From positions 62,001 through 126,000 of the forward strand of contig MCFE01000215.1 of NCBI GenBank assembly GCA_002104905.1: a DNA stretch of 64,000 nt, in the 5' to 3' direction. This DNA comes from Basidiobolus meristosporus CBS 931.73 (Eukaryota; Fungi; Basidiobolomycota). This document shows positions 21,360-35,200 of the stretch, in pieces (the first letter of the stretch is position 1; each line of letters opens with the position of its first letter). Under the pieces are notes generated by a model that worked only from the letters and a program-made list of their open reading frames with translations, did no database searches and was not told the DNA's origin. Both the position numbers and the translations under genes were made by a program.

Positions 21360-22437
21360 TGTGGTGGTGTATAAGTCCAAAGGGCAAAATACGGCCAACA
21401 CTTCTCAAGTGTGAATGTGTGTGGGGTGTTCACTGGGTGCGATAACCTCTGGCAAAAGCTTGCTAGGAATACTGGGTCTTTTATCTAATCTAATGTGATG
21501 GGGGATAAAGCCTCAAGCTTGTCAAGGGAAAACTATTGAACTACAATCCCCAACTTAGTTGGCGTCTTAACAAAAGTTTATAATGGCTTCGACGTCCTTT
21601 GAGATGACAATGTACTAAAGCTTCCAAAGTCAAAACAACTGTAAACTCCACCAACAGGGACTTGATAAGAATGCAGCTTTGACCAATAGTTACAAAGACT
21701 GAAAAGTATCTTTGCCTGTACAAGAACAAACTTGGGAAAACAAACAATATAATAAAATATACCTACTCTGAGTATTCCTCACAAGTAGTGCCTCCAAGGT
21801 CAGTTGGCTGTCAGCGCGGTTTCCTGGGAGTATCGTCAGGTCTGAGTCAGAAAATAGTGGTAATAGGTAGCGGTGATCTCACTAATCAATAAGTTGGAAT
21901 ATTGGAAGAGGGATGATTTATTTTAAGGGATAGCCTCCCTTATATACTTTTTTGCTGCTCAATTTCTTGCTAGAAAATACTTTCCGGAAGTTTCCAGAAG
22001 GTAGTAGACAACCAATCATGTCTTTGTGTACTAAAAATAGCGCAAATTCTTGGCGGATTGTTCCATGAGACATAGTAGTACCTAGCCAATCAGGTATTGG
22101 TAACATGAAACCTCTGTGTCATGTGGTTGCCTCTTATGGTAGTGAGATGGGGGATTATGAAACCAGGATGGTCACGTGACATGGGCACTGTTGGGGTACT
22201 TGCCTTATAAGGTAACTATCTTATCTTGGCATCTCGGCAAGGAATAAGAATAGCTTGTGCAATGGGTTAATAGGGACAAATAGTTTGTCAGGTTGCATAG
22301 TAATAATCACATAGACAAAAATAGGAAATATTGCAAATTTGGGATGATAATAATATGGGCGGGGTAATCCTTTTTAGGGAAGTGAATGCATAAGAATGAG
22401 CACATCTGCCTGTGGGTGTCACTGTGACCCCACTACA
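21360..22437 (-). repeat. Gypsy-2 3' LTR
   Basis: TGTGGTGG...CTACA on the + strand; offset 6109 from the other LTR. Confidence 0.94.
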
Positions 22438-22476
22438 TCCACCCCCCTCTCAGCTTTGAACTCAGGTCAAAGCAAA

Positions 22477-25400
22477 CTAAATGTGATGTGCGAAATTCCG
22501 GTGCTTGAATAGCTTAAGTCGGTTTCCTGCCACAGGTGCTCTTAGCGGTGTTCCATCAAGTTCAGACAGGTAGTAGCTTCCATTTCCAATCACCTTAGAG
22601 ACAATATATGGGCCAGACCACTTATTGTCAAATTTGCGACTCCACTGCTTGTCTAAAGTGGAATCATAGAGCAGTACTGGATCTCCTTGCAGTAATGGCT
22701 TTGGTCTAAGGCTATGTGACTTGTCAAATGGTTCCTTGTTCTGAAGTCTTGTCTCTTTGAGTTTACAGCTGCTTGGGTAATATCAAGTTCATGGTGATCA
22801 AGCTGTTTGATGCGTGTAGTCAGTAGTTCTTCTGTACTCATTGTAGTTCTCCACTCTAGCATGTTCCAGGATATTGAGTCAAGCTCTATGGGAAGAACGC
22901 AATCATGTCCGTAAAGCAATTTGAATGGAGATAGACCTGTGCTGCGCTTTGTAGTGATTCTATCTGCCCAGAGTGCTAGATGAAGTTGTGTAGGCCACTG
23001 TAGTGTCATGTTGTTGCAGCTCTTGACCAGGGAGTTAACTAACGGGCCATGGCCTCTTTCAACCATTCCATTGGCCTGTGGGTGATAAGCGGTAGTGAAA
23101 GCAATATGAATCTTGTATTGTGAGCAGAGTTCCTGGATCAAATTTGAAGTCATTTCTCCTCGGTCAGCAACAAACTGGCTGATGCAGCCAAATCTGCATA
23201 TTATATCTTCAAGAATAAATCTCCATATGGTGTGGCTTTTGTTATTGGGTAGGGCTCGAGCTTCTACCCACCCACTCAGATCATCTCTGGCAACAACAAG
23301 GTACTTCTTGGTTCCAGCAGTTGGCATGTGGACCAGGTCAATGCCAACCTTCTGCCATAGACAAGGTGTGTAGGTTGGATGGAGCGGCTCCTCATATCTC
23401 TTGGTTGACCTTCTTTGGCAAATGTCACAAGATTCAACAAAGTGTTGGACATCATGATACATATGCTCCCAGTAGTATCTACTGGAAACAACATTGTAAG
23501 TGGCATCTCTGCCTCTATGACCACCGGGTCTTCCTTCATGAAGGCTTGACATAATAGTCAGTTGTTCTTGGGGCTCAACTATAACTCTTCTTGGTGTCTG
23601 TCCAGGCTTTACTCGTTTGAAGAGGAGGCCATCTTTTATGTAGAAATGATGGGCCTTCTTCCTGAGCTTTCTGAAATCATGTGGGCTCATTCCTGGTGGC
23701 TTCTCTAAGGTTCTCAGATAGTCTTGAATGGTGTTCCACGTAGAGTTGCTGGGCTTCTTCACGTGTAGTTGCCGGATTTCTGCATCAATTATGTCATCAA
23801 AGTCAGGGTCCATATCTTCAGACAACTGTGGTCCCTTCCTGGAGAGTGCATCAGCCACAACATTTGTCTTGCCAGGGATATGTCTGACCTCAAAGTCAAA
23901 CATTTTCAGCCATGCCATCCACCGATTTGTGGCATCATCAGGTAGATCAGGTTTGTTGATCATTCCTATAAGTGGCTTAGCATCTGTCTCCAGGATGAAA
24001 TGTGTCATGTAGAGTTGTGACTTCAGCTTTCTCAGCATCTTCACAACTCCTAGTAGCTCTCTCTTAATCTGTGAGTATCTTTGTTCTCTAGGAGAGAAGA
24101 GGCAGCTCTCATATCTGCAGGCATAGCGGTTACCATCTTCATCATCTTGGCCAAGTAGTGCTCCAGCTCCTACAGGGCTTGCATCCACCGTCAAGATAGG
24201 TGGGCATTCAGTGTTCTGATAGTCAAGAGGTCTCAGAACTGGTGGAGATATTAAGGCCTCTTTTAGTAATTGCATGGCTTCTTCTTGCTCTTCTCCCCAG
24301 TTAAATGGGGCATTCTTTCTCTGTAGTCGGTAGATTGGTTCTGCTATCTCAGAAAATCTTGGGATCCAGATCCTAAAGAACCCACAAGCTGCCACAAAGC
24401 CACGAGCTTGTGTTAGATTTGTGGGGGTAGGCCAGTTGCATATCTTTTGTGTCTTGGAGTCTCCGGGTGAACGGCCAAAGGTGTTGCATTTTTGTCCAAC
24501 AATGGATATCTCTGATACACCAAAGCTGCTTTTCTCACCACTGATGGTGAGTCCAGCTTCTTCAATGGCTCCTAATATGGCATCATTGTCTGAAATATGG
24601 TCATAGACAAACTTTCTTACTCCAGGCATAACTTCAGTTGTGTCCCGGAGTTTTGGTCCTTTGATGCCTATGTCATCAACAAAGACAGCAAGTTTCTCAG
24701 GTATAAACCGGTAGAGCACATTTACCATGCACCTCTGGAACTGAGCCACGGAGTTTGTTGCCCCTTGGCTAAGTCTTGTCATTCTTAACAGTCCAAATGG
24801 TGTCTGGAGTGCAAACATATCTCTTGATGTCTCATCTAGGGGAATCTGGTCGTATCCTGAGTAGAGATCATATGTTGAGTAGATGGAGTGACCACTAAAG
24901 CTTTCTGCAAAGTCATCAATAGACGGAGGTATTGCGGCATCTCTGATAGTGACGGCATTTGCAGGTTGCATGTCTTGAATGAATCGGAGCTTCCCATTCT
25001 TCTTTTTGGTCACAAACCATCTGTTAGCATAAGGTCCATGGCAAGGTTCTAGGATACCAGCTTCAATCTTCTTCTTAAGTAGGTCATGCACATCAGCTTG
25101 GAGTCCTCTAGGCAGTGGGTAAGGTTTAAATGACCAGGGTGTGTGGGGCACTGTATGAATTTTGATAGGTTTTTCAACTGATGTCTTTAAGAGTCCCATC
25201 TCCTTGTCATTATATGAGAAAACCTTATCATGCCTTTTCAGGGTTTCTTCAAATAGTAAGATCTCCTCCGGTGTTAGGTTTCCATCACCAATGATAAGTT
25301 GCTTAAGTCTCTCAGGTGTAAGTCGTATATCTTCTGGTGTTCCTTCTGGTGGTCTGATGTAATCAGCAGGTCGAGACCCATCAGTTAAAGGCGTAAGTGA

Positions 25401-27328
25401 TGGTCTAATCTTCTGTTCCACTGTCTTGTATTTTGTGCGAACCATAGCTGTCTGCTCCTGTATACCTAATGAGTAGCTCCAACTGTTAGGGTGTATACTG
25501 TCAGGCTCCTCATCTTCTTCTATAACAAGATGTGTCTTCTGGCAAGCGGTATGTGTCCTCTTATTGTTGGGTGTTACCCCACAAAATGTTGACTGTAGTC
25601 CTGGGTTGGATCCTTGTATAGTGTACCACACTGACCCATCAGAATAGTTGGTAGTTGTAGCCTTAGTACTGGTCTCCCATGGTCTGCCTAACAGAAGGTC
25701 AAAGTTTGCCTTCTGGCAGATAAAGAGGGGAAGCCAGACCTTGATTCCTTGTACCTCAATAGGGAACTTGTGCACTACACCATAGAGTGGGCTAGACCCT
25801 GAGTTTGCATCAGTCATGTTCCATCCAATATCTCTATCAACAGGCAGTAGCTCCTTGCTTCTAAGTGTCTTCCAGAAGTCTAGCGGCATAACACAAATCT
25901 CTGAACCACTGTCAATATGGCAGTCAACAGGGTCATCATATATATACCCTTTCACCACAGCAGTTGCAACTGAGTAAAAGGTCTTGTATTTGGTAGCGGT
26001 GTCATCCTTTTTGTGGTCTTCATGGTTTGTCTGGATTATATGGGTGTCCATATGTTCAACAGCTTGTCTTCTTGTTCTAAGCTGCTCATCAAAGGTCTTC
26101 CTAACAGACGGTGATACACTCATGATTTCTCCAACTGACAAAGTGAGGTTCTGCTTCAGTAGTTTCTCAGTAATCAATTGGGGGCTTGAGTAGCCAGCTA
26201 TCTTTGAGGTCATCTGAAAGTGAGGTAATGGGTCTTGAGTAGGCAGTGTTCCAGGCCTCTTGTCAATAATAACCTCAGGCTCTTCAAATCGTGGTCTTCT
26301 AAGGATGGGTTTGACAGGTTCTTCAGGAAGGTGTCTCTTAGTAGCAAAGGTGTCTACTTCGTATTTTCTGTTGTCAGGGCTGTTTGGACTCACTGTATGA
26401 GTCTCAATAGGGGCATCAACAGTAATCTTTCTAGTTGCTGAGTCAGACTTCTGGAAAAGGGCTCTCATTCCGCCTCTTCGGAAATTAGTGGGAATCCTTT
26501 TTCCTTCCTTATCAGCAAGCATTCCATCAGCATCAAACTGTACTGTTCCTTCTCTAAGTAGCTGGCTAAGCTCTGAGCATTCACGTCTGGCATGCTGAGT
26601 AGAGTCACACCAAATGCAGTGTCTAGGCAAAGCTCTTTGGCCCTCAGTAGCTACCTCAGCTGAGCCGTTAACCTTGAGGGCTAGCTTTTGTAGCTGTTCA
26701 GCAAGTTGGTCAATTCTGTCGGTAGTGTAGGTCTGATTGTCAGCAACAGCACTCTTTAGCTCCTTGGTTGGCTGGTCTGGCAGATTAGATGTCAAGAGTC
26801 TCATAAAGGTAGAAGTTTGCTTTGCCTCTAGGAGTACACGTTTCATCTCTGCAAAGCAAGGAATGCCAGACTTGTCATCCTTGGCTGCATGTAGGTCAAC
26901 TTTCCTTGCCAACTCCTGGGGAAGCCCTTGTGCAAGGTAAAGTGTCATGGTAAACTCAGTTATTGCCTGGGACTCTAGGAGTGGCTTGGCCATATCTTCA
27001 TATTGTTGAATGAACTCTTCAAGTGGTAGCTTGGAGAGTCCCATCCTTCCAAAGTGTCTGAGGTCCTCAATTCCATAGTATATCTGGGGTCTGCCATACT
27101 CGGTCTGAAGGTAGGTCTTCATTAAGGTCCAGTCAGTCAGAATGTCTCCTTGTCTGAGAAGCTTAGTAGTAATATCATCGTGCAGTAGTAGGGGAAGTCT
27201 TCAGCCATTTCTTGTTCAGATAGGCTGCACATCTTGCAGAGCTTCTCCCATTTGTATATGAAGCTCTCCACATTCTTTCCATCAAACTGTGGGGCTCCAT
27301 GTGAGAGTGGTAACGGCATAGAGTTCAT
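22477..27328 (-). CDS. Gypsy-2 Gag-Pol (Gag-CCHC-PR-RT-RNH-IN-GPY/F) with two 1-nt frameshifts (about 27180 and about 22768)
   Basis: MNSMPL start; CIWCDSTQHARREC, HIDSGSE, YDLYSGYDQI, FVDDIGIKG, VDASPVG, GHRGRDAT/CDIC, GIDLV, ADRG, NGMVERGH; alternative frames restore DDITTKLLRQGD and the KWSGPY tail ending at 22477. Confidence 0.9.
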
Positions 27329-27447
27329 TTTGGGTAGGTAGGTTGGTGTTGTAGTCTTGATAATATTGGTAGTCTTGTTTCAATAAATGGGTAACGGCTC
27401 AAATCTTCAGGTAAATCTTGTAGGGTCCTAGGGAGCTTGTATGAACC

Positions 27448-27464
27448 CCCCACGTTGGGTGCCA
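27448..27464 (-). promoter_or_regulatory. PBS TGGCACCCAACGTGGGG (tRNA-Lys type)
   Basis: One CG>CA change from the classic tRNA-Lys1,2 PBS TGGCGCCCAACGTGGGG; 4 nt from the LTR. Confidence 0.85.
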
Positions 27465-27468
27465 AATA

Positions 27469-28545
27469 TGTGGTGGTGTATAAGTCCAAAGGGCAAAATA
27501 CGGCCAACACTTCTCAAGTGTGAATGTGTGTGGGGTGTTCACTGGGTGCGATAACCTCTGGCAAAAGCTTGCTAGGAATACTGGGTCTTTTATCTAATCT
27601 AATGTGATGGGGGATAAAGCCTCAAGCTTGTCAAGGGAAAACTATTGAACTACAATCCCCAACTTAGTTGGCGTCTTAACAAAAGTTTATAATGGCTTCG
27701 ACGTCCTTTGAGATGACAATGTACTAAAGCTTCCAAAGTCAAAACAACTGTAAACTCCACCAACAGGGACTTGATAAGAATGCAGCTTTGACCAATAGTT
27801 ACAAAGACTGAAAAGTATCTTTGCCTGTACAAGAACAAACTTGGGAAAACAAACAATATAATAAAATATACCTACTCTGAGTATTCCTCACAAGTAGTGC
27901 CTCCAAGGTCAGTTGGCTGTCAGCGCGGTTTCCTGGGAGTATCGTCAGGTCTGAGTCAGAAAATAGTGGTAATAGGTAGCGGTGATCTCACTAATCAATA
28001 AGTTGGAATATTGGAAGAGGGATGATTTATTTTAAGGGATAGCCTCCCTTATATACTTTTTTTGCTGCTCAATTTCTTGCTAGAAAATACTTTCCGGAAG
28101 TTTCCAGAAGGTAGTAGACAACCAATCATGTCTTTGTGTACTAAAAATAGCGCAAATTCTTGGCGGATTGTTCCATGAGACATAGTAGTACCTAGCCAAT
28201 CAGGTAGTGGTAACATGAAACCTCTGTGTCATGTGGTTGCCTCTTATGGTAGTGAGATGGGGATTATGAAACCAGGATGGTCACGTGACATGGGCACTGT
28301 TGGGGTACTTGCCTTATAAGGTAACTATCTTATCTTGGCATCTCGGCAAGGAATAAGAATAGCTTGTGCAATGGGGTAATAGGGACTAATAGTTTGTCAG
28401 GTTGCATAGTAATAATCACATAGACAAAATAGGAAATATTGCAAATTTGGGATGATAATAATATAGGCGGGGTAATCCTTTTTAGGGAAGTGAATGCATA
28501 AGAATGAGCACATCTGCCTGTGGGTGTCACTGTGACCCCACTACA
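27469..28545 (-). repeat. Gypsy-2 5' LTR
   Basis: Near-identical repeat of 21360-22437. Confidence 0.94.
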
Positions 28546-31384
28546 GCGGTGTTGTATAAGTCCAAACTGAGCTATAAGAGCTACTAGGAGATAAACTTGG
28601 GCAACTTAAGTCTGAACTTGCAAAAGATGATATATAACAGAGAGTATTTTTGTGTCATGTGAACTATATAGATTCAAGACAAAAAAAGATGTAGTAGAAG
28701 CCCATGCAAAAGGTATGCACAAAGATAAACAAAAGCTGTATAGCAATGTTGTTGAACTACTCTCCCAACTGCAGTTGCAACTGAGTAACAGGTCTTATAC
28801 CTAGTACCCTCATCATCCTTTTGGTGGTGTTAGTGGCTTGTTGGAATTATATGAGTATCCATGTACTCAATGGCTTGTTGTCTTGTTCTAAGCTGCTCAT
28901 TAAAGGTCTTCCTAATAGATGGGGATACACTCATGATCTCTCCAACCAGCAAAGTGGAGGTTTTGTTTCAACCACTTTCTCAATGATCAGATGAGGGCTT
29001 GAGTAGCTTGCAATCTTTGAGGTCATCTGAAAGTGAGGTAATGGTTCTTGGGTGGTCAGCATACTGGGCCTCATGTCAATGGCAACTTCAGGCTCTTCAG
29101 ATTGTGGTATTATGAGGATGTGTTTGACAGCTTCTTCAAGAAGGTGTCTTTTGGCAGCAAAGGCATCAACTTCATATTGTCTGTTGTCAGGACTGCTTGA
29201 GCTCACTGTAAGACTCCCAATAGGGGCATCAACTGTAATCTTTCTGGTTGCTGAGTTGGAAATCTGGCAAAGGGCTCTCATACCTCCTCATTGGAAATTG
29301 GTGGGGATCCTTCTTCCTTCCATGTCGGCAAGCATTCCATCAGCATCCAACTGTACAGTTTCTTCTTTGAGCTGTTGACTAAGCTTAGAGTATTCTCTTT
29401 GGGCATGCTGAGTGGAATTACACCTGATGCAGTGTCTGGGCCAAGGTTTTTGGCTCTCAGTAGTTATTTCAACTGAGCCATCAATCTTGAGGGCTAGCTT
29501 TTGCGGCTGTTTGGCAAGTAGGTGATTCTTTTGGTAGTATAGGTTTGTTTGTCAGCAACAGCACTCCTTCACTCCTTGCTCAGCTGGTCTGGCAGATTAG
29601 ACTTCCGGAGTCTCATAAAGATGGACATCTGTTTTGCTTCTAGGAGAACATGTCTCATCTCTGCAAAGCATGGAATGCTGGGCTTGTCACCCTTGGCTGC
29701 ATGTATGTCCACTTTTTTTGTCATGTCTTGGGGAAGTCCTTGTGCAAGGTAAAGTGCCATGGTAAACTCAGTAATAGCTTGGGAATCTAGGAGTGGCTTG
29801 GCCATGTCTTCATACTGCCAAATGAACTCTACATGTGGTTGCTTGGAAAGTCCAGTTCTTCTAAAGTGGCTCAGATCTTCAATTCCATAGCTTATTGGGG
29901 GTCTACCATACTTGGCTTGTAGGTAGATCTTCATTAAGCCCAGTCAGTGAGTATTTTCCCTGTCTGAGAAGCTTGGTGGTATCTTTAGTGCAGTGGTAGG
30001 GAATTCTTCAACCATTTCTTGTTCAGAGAGGCTGCACATCTTGCAGAGCTTCTCCCACTCAAATAAGAAGCTTTCCACATTCTTCCCATCAAACTCTGGG
30101 GCTCTGTGTGAGTGTGGTAATGGCACAGAATTCATTCTGTGTAGGTAGGTTGGTGTTGTAATCTTGATAATATTGGTAATCTCCTTACAATAAGTGTGTA
30201 ATGGCTCAAATCTTGGGGTAAATCTTGTTGGGTCCTAAGGAGCTTGTATGGGCCCCACATGTTGGGTGCTAAATATGTGGTAGAGTATAGTGTAAAGGAG
30301 AAATATCTCATATGTTGTAGAGTATAAGTGTAAAGGAGAAATATCTCCAACACTTCTCAAGAGTTTTGTGTGTGGGGTGTTCACTTGGTGCAATAACCTC
30401 TGGCAAAAGCTTGCCAGGAATACTTTGGTTCTGTCTCTAATCTAATGTGATGGGGAATAAAGCTACAAGCTTGTCAAGGGAAAACTATTGAGCTACAATC
30501 TCCATGTTAGTTGGCATCTTAACAAAAGTATTAGCTGGGTTCAGTATCCTTTGAGATGACAGTGTACTAAAGCTTTCAAAGTCAAAACAGCTGTAAACTC
30601 CTCCAGCAGGGACTTTATTAGAATGCAGCTGTAGTCAATAGTTACAAAGACAGAAAAGTATCTTTGCCTGTGCAAGAACAAACTCAAGAAAGAATCAAAT
30701 ACAACAAAACATACCTAATCTGAGTATTCCTCACAAGTAGTGCTTCTATGGTCAGTTGGCTGTCAGTGCAGCTTCCTGGGAGTGTCCTGTAGTCTGGAAT
30801 TGGAAGTTCAGGTAGCAGTAGGTAGCAGTGATCACACCAATCAACAAGTTAGTATACTAATAATAGGGATGATAATTTATTGTGGAGGGATTGCCTCCCT
30901 TATATACTTTTCTCACTGGTTAGGTGATTACTAATCAAGGTATTCCAGAAGGTTCCAGTGGTCAAATAGAAATATTATTGACATCCAAATGAGCTAAGAA
31001 TGCTCTAAGTAGGTGCCAGAAGGTTCTAAGAGGCACAGCACCCCCAACCAATCAGGGATCAATATATTGGAGCCTGTGTAACATAGGAATACCATATATG
31101 GTATCAAAATGGTAAGGATAGTGACACAGCTTGATCATGTGTTACAGGTACTGGTTTGGATACCTGCCTAACATAGAAGCACTTACATCCAGTAATCTAA
31201 CTTAAAGTGAGGGACAACTTATGCAATAAGGTAAGCAGGTGTGATAGTCAGCCAGCTTATGGGATAATACTGATCAAGTAAGACAAATGGGATAAAACTA
31301 ATATAAGGGTAGTAGAAAAATAGGGAAGTAGAAACTATGGGAATGAGCACATCTGTCAGTGGATGTCACTGTGACCCCGCTTCA
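28546..31384 (-). mobile_element. Older, truncated Gypsy-2 relative: LTR fragment 28546-28772, gag remnant about 28775-30135, degenerate PBS, diverged LTR 30276-31384
   Basis: ORFs 28931-29281, 29569-29934 and 29944-30135 are paralogous to Gypsy-2 gag; LTR ends and the RNA module are conserved while the U3 middle has diverged. Confidence 0.85.
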
Positions 31385-31385
31385 A

Positions 31386-34300
31386 TGTCCTCAACTCATC
31401 TGTTAAGCTGTTCCATTGATTAGTCATCTGAGATCTATCCAACTACTTAGCAGTTTCCAAGACATCAGCTGATTATTGAAGCAATTTCTCATTTATCTTA
31501 TGCACCTATGAACACCCCAACATATTCAATGAGTCCAGTCACTTGGTGCTTACTAATTCAACTTGATCAGAAAAGTATTGATAAAGTTTACTGAACCTTT
31601 TGGTTTAGTGAGTGTCTCAACGAAAACAAGATTGTGCCTCAGCAAAATTAAGAATTCAACAACTCTGGTTTAGTTTCCATCCAAGTCTAGTATATCTAGC
31701 ACTCCCAAGAAACCAAGCCTAGCCTACATAGCTAACCAAATCTGTTGCCTTTATAGCCCAGCTTGGCTATATACAAGACTATTATTAGACCAGAGCTTCT
31801 CTGGTAATATTTCTGTCACTCTTGACAATTGTAAGATTTTACGCTTAGTTGCTACTTAGGCACAGTTAACTCATTCAAGAGTTTATTACACTTTTATCTT
31901 GGAAACAACAAAGTGACCTTCTGAAGCCATTTCAACCAGGAGTACACTGGAAGCATTGGGAATCATATGTAGACCTTATAAGAATATTTATCCAGAAGCA
32001 GATCACCAATACCAACTTGACACATCCAGAGCTTTTGAGTAAGGAGTCTGTGATGTGATTTTAGTGGCAATACCTCAAATATAAAGCTGAATGCAGAGAT
32101 CTCTGCTGCTACTATATCCATTCTCTATTCTATCTTGCTAGGTGTGTAGAGAATACTGGCCATTGCTTCATCTTTTGAGAGTTTCCTATGGAGCAGATGT
32201 GTGGGGAGATCAGTAGACAAGTCAAGTTGCAGGTACTACCATATCCCAATCTCATCACAAAGATACATGGAATTCATTAAGGAAGACTTAGAAAATACTG
32301 AGGAGATATATGCACATGGCAACACCTATACCATGGCAATAAGAAGCTAAGCAGCCGCAATGCCTGGGTAATCAGTTAAGTAATGCAAAGTTGAGCTAGC
32401 AGCAACTGGCAACTAATTTACATTAGAAACACTCTACCAAAGTATGCAGGGTTTCTCTTGGTTGCAAGCCAGTTTCTACATCATTGAATATGAAATTTAC
32501 ACAAACAAGTGGCAGAGCGCACCTTTAAGGGGGACTAGAATCTGGCAGGGAGAAGGAATATATTGGCTCAATTCCAAAAAGCTCTTTTTGGATATTTGGG
32601 AGGAATTCATGGCATCAGTGACAGTAACCAGGCATATGTTTGCAAGATGCATATGTTACCAGCAATACAAGGTCTATGGTAACTTTTGAAGTACCATATT
32701 GAGCAGATACATAGGTAAGGTGATAGAAGTGTGCTAGTTGTAACAGGTGTGCATGTTTGTAGAGGTTAATAAGCAGGAGGCCATAGTTTATTTTTTGATT
32801 TGAGCTATTTGTGGCATACCCAAGGTAGTGGTGGGTAGGCAAATAAACAGGGGTGATTATACAATGGAATATATTAATTGCATATGGGGAGATACATAAT
32901 AGTAAATTGGTATGGTAGCATTATACAGAGCTAGCTGTAGGCCACCATACTGCTGTAATAATATCATCAGAGGCTTGCAATGAGGCCATCAAGATACTAT
33001 CAAGTTTTTTGCCATATATGGCAATGGGATGTACTAGCTGGTTAGATCCACTCAAATAGCTATAAAGTGCAGTAAGACTGCAATAATGCTATGCCACCCT
33101 TGGCCAAATACCACCCAAACACCATAGTGTATTTGAGCATTGGTTGGCAGTAAAATTGGCCAAACACTGTTGTGATCCCATCTTAAGACTACATAGAGTG
33201 TCATGCATTCTAAGCTACTAGTATAAGTAGTATTCAACAATGACAATGCAAGTACTGGATGCACTGGATATGTATTTGGACAAGTGGCCTTTATAAGCAT
33301 TTCTACCCAGAGTACATTGGAAGCATTGGGAGGCATACATTGACATTGTAGGAATAATTATGCCAATGCAGATCACCAATGACAACTTGATCATCTGCAG
33401 CTTTTATGCAAAGGGCTTGTGACATGATTTGCGTAGCTATACTGCAAGCACAAAGCCAAACATGCAGATCTCTGCAACTACTGCATTCATACTCTAATCC
33501 ATCTTGCTTAATGTGCAGTGAATATTGGACCTTATTTCACCTTTTTGGAGTCTCTTATGGATTGGATGTGTGTGCAGATAGGTAGACATGTCAACTGGCG
33601 ACTACTACCAGATCTCAATCTCATTACTAATGTGACCTTCAATTTTTTTATGCGTATGATGAGTTTGCACTTGGAGGACACCCTGGAAGAGTTGGAATAC
33701 ATTGGGGAGCAATGTGCACATGGAGACACCTATGCCATTGGCATTAAGAAGCTAAGCAGCCCCAATGCATGGTGGAATAGTTAAGTATTGCAAAGTTGGG
33801 TTGGACATAACAAGCAACTAGTTTTTATTGGGAAAACTTTGCCAAAGTATACTGGGCTTCAATTGGGTATAAGCTGATTCTACACTATTCAATATTGAAC
33901 TAATACAAACAAGAACCAGAGTGTACCTGGAAGTGGGAGTTAGATCTAGAAGGGAGAAGGGATATATTGGCCAAGTATGAGAAAGCTTTATGAGGATATT
34001 ACACAAGTGTTCATGGCAAAAGTGGTGGCAACCTAGCATACCTTTGCAAGATGAATATGTAACCAGCAATACAAGCTTTATAGCAACTTTGGAAGTACTA
34101 TGCTGAACAGATATATAGTTGAGGAGATAAAAGTGTGTCAATTGCAGCAGGTGTGTTCTTATGTTGGGGTTAGTAGGCAGGAGGCCATATTTGATTTGAT
34201 TTAAGCTATACATGACATACCCATGGTAGAGTGGGTAAGCAAATAAATTGGGATGATTCTGCAATGGTGTATATGAATGGTGTAAGGGGAAGTTGCTAAT

Positions 34301-35200
34301 GGAAGTACCATTTGGTAAATTGGTAAAGTAGCATTATACAAAATTGGCTGTAGGCTGCCATACTGCCATTTTAGTAACAATAGATGTCTGCAAGAGGGCC
34401 ATCAAGATACTATCAGTTGTTTTCCATATATTTTAATTGGATGTACTAGCTGGCTGGAACTGCACAAACAAGTATAGGCCAACATGGAACCATGTGTTGT
34501 GCATCAACATTTAACACTTAGCCAACTTCACTCCATTACAAAATCTAGTACTCTAACTGATTTTCCCTAACCCAAACATAACTAATCCCTGTTATGGTTT
34601 ATTTTATCACTTCTCAGAAGCTATTTTTAGCTGTCAAACCTGATCAATTTTTGAGTGGTCATTATGTCCTCAACTGATCTGCTAAGCCTTTCCAAAGGAT
34701 TAGTCATCTGATATCTATCCAACCACTTAGTAATTGTCAAGATATTAGCTGATTAATGATGCAATTTCTCATTTATCTCACGCACCTATCAACACCCCAA
34801 CAGATTTCATTTAGTCCAGTCTCTTGGCACTTACTAATTCTACCTGATTAGAAAAATATAAATAAAGATTACTGAACCTTTTGGTTTAATGTGTGTCACA
34901 ATAAAATTAAGATTGTGCCTCAGCAAAATTAAGAATTCAGCAATTCCATTCTGGTTTCCACCCAAGCCTAGCATATCTAGCATTCCCAAGAACATAAAGC
35001 CTAGCCTGTTTAGCAAACCAACCCTGTTGTATTTATATCCCAACTTAACTATATACAAAACCAATATTAGACCAGAACTTCTCTGCTGATATTTCTGTCG
35101 CCCTTGACAATTCTAAGATTCTGTGCTTAGTTGTCACATAGGCTCAATTAACTCATTCAAGAGTTTTATTACACTTTTCTCTTAGATACAACACCATGTA
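31386..35200. repeat. Highly decayed duplicated repeats (31386-31920 similar to 34665-35200; 31937-33050 similar to 33307-34460), possibly old LINE remnants
   Basis: Visible direct similarity between the blocks; only weak RT-like residues (YLG); no intact ORF. Confidence 0.55.

Larger units (their letters stand above)
21360..28545 (-). mobile_element. Ty3/Gypsy element (non-chromoviral, Ylt1-like by inference), full length
   Basis: LTRs 21360-22437 and 27469-28545 (about 1078 bp; 4 substitutions and 3 one-base indels seen), tRNA-Lys PBS, PPT GAGAGGGGGGTGGA, gag-pol. Confidence 0.95.
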
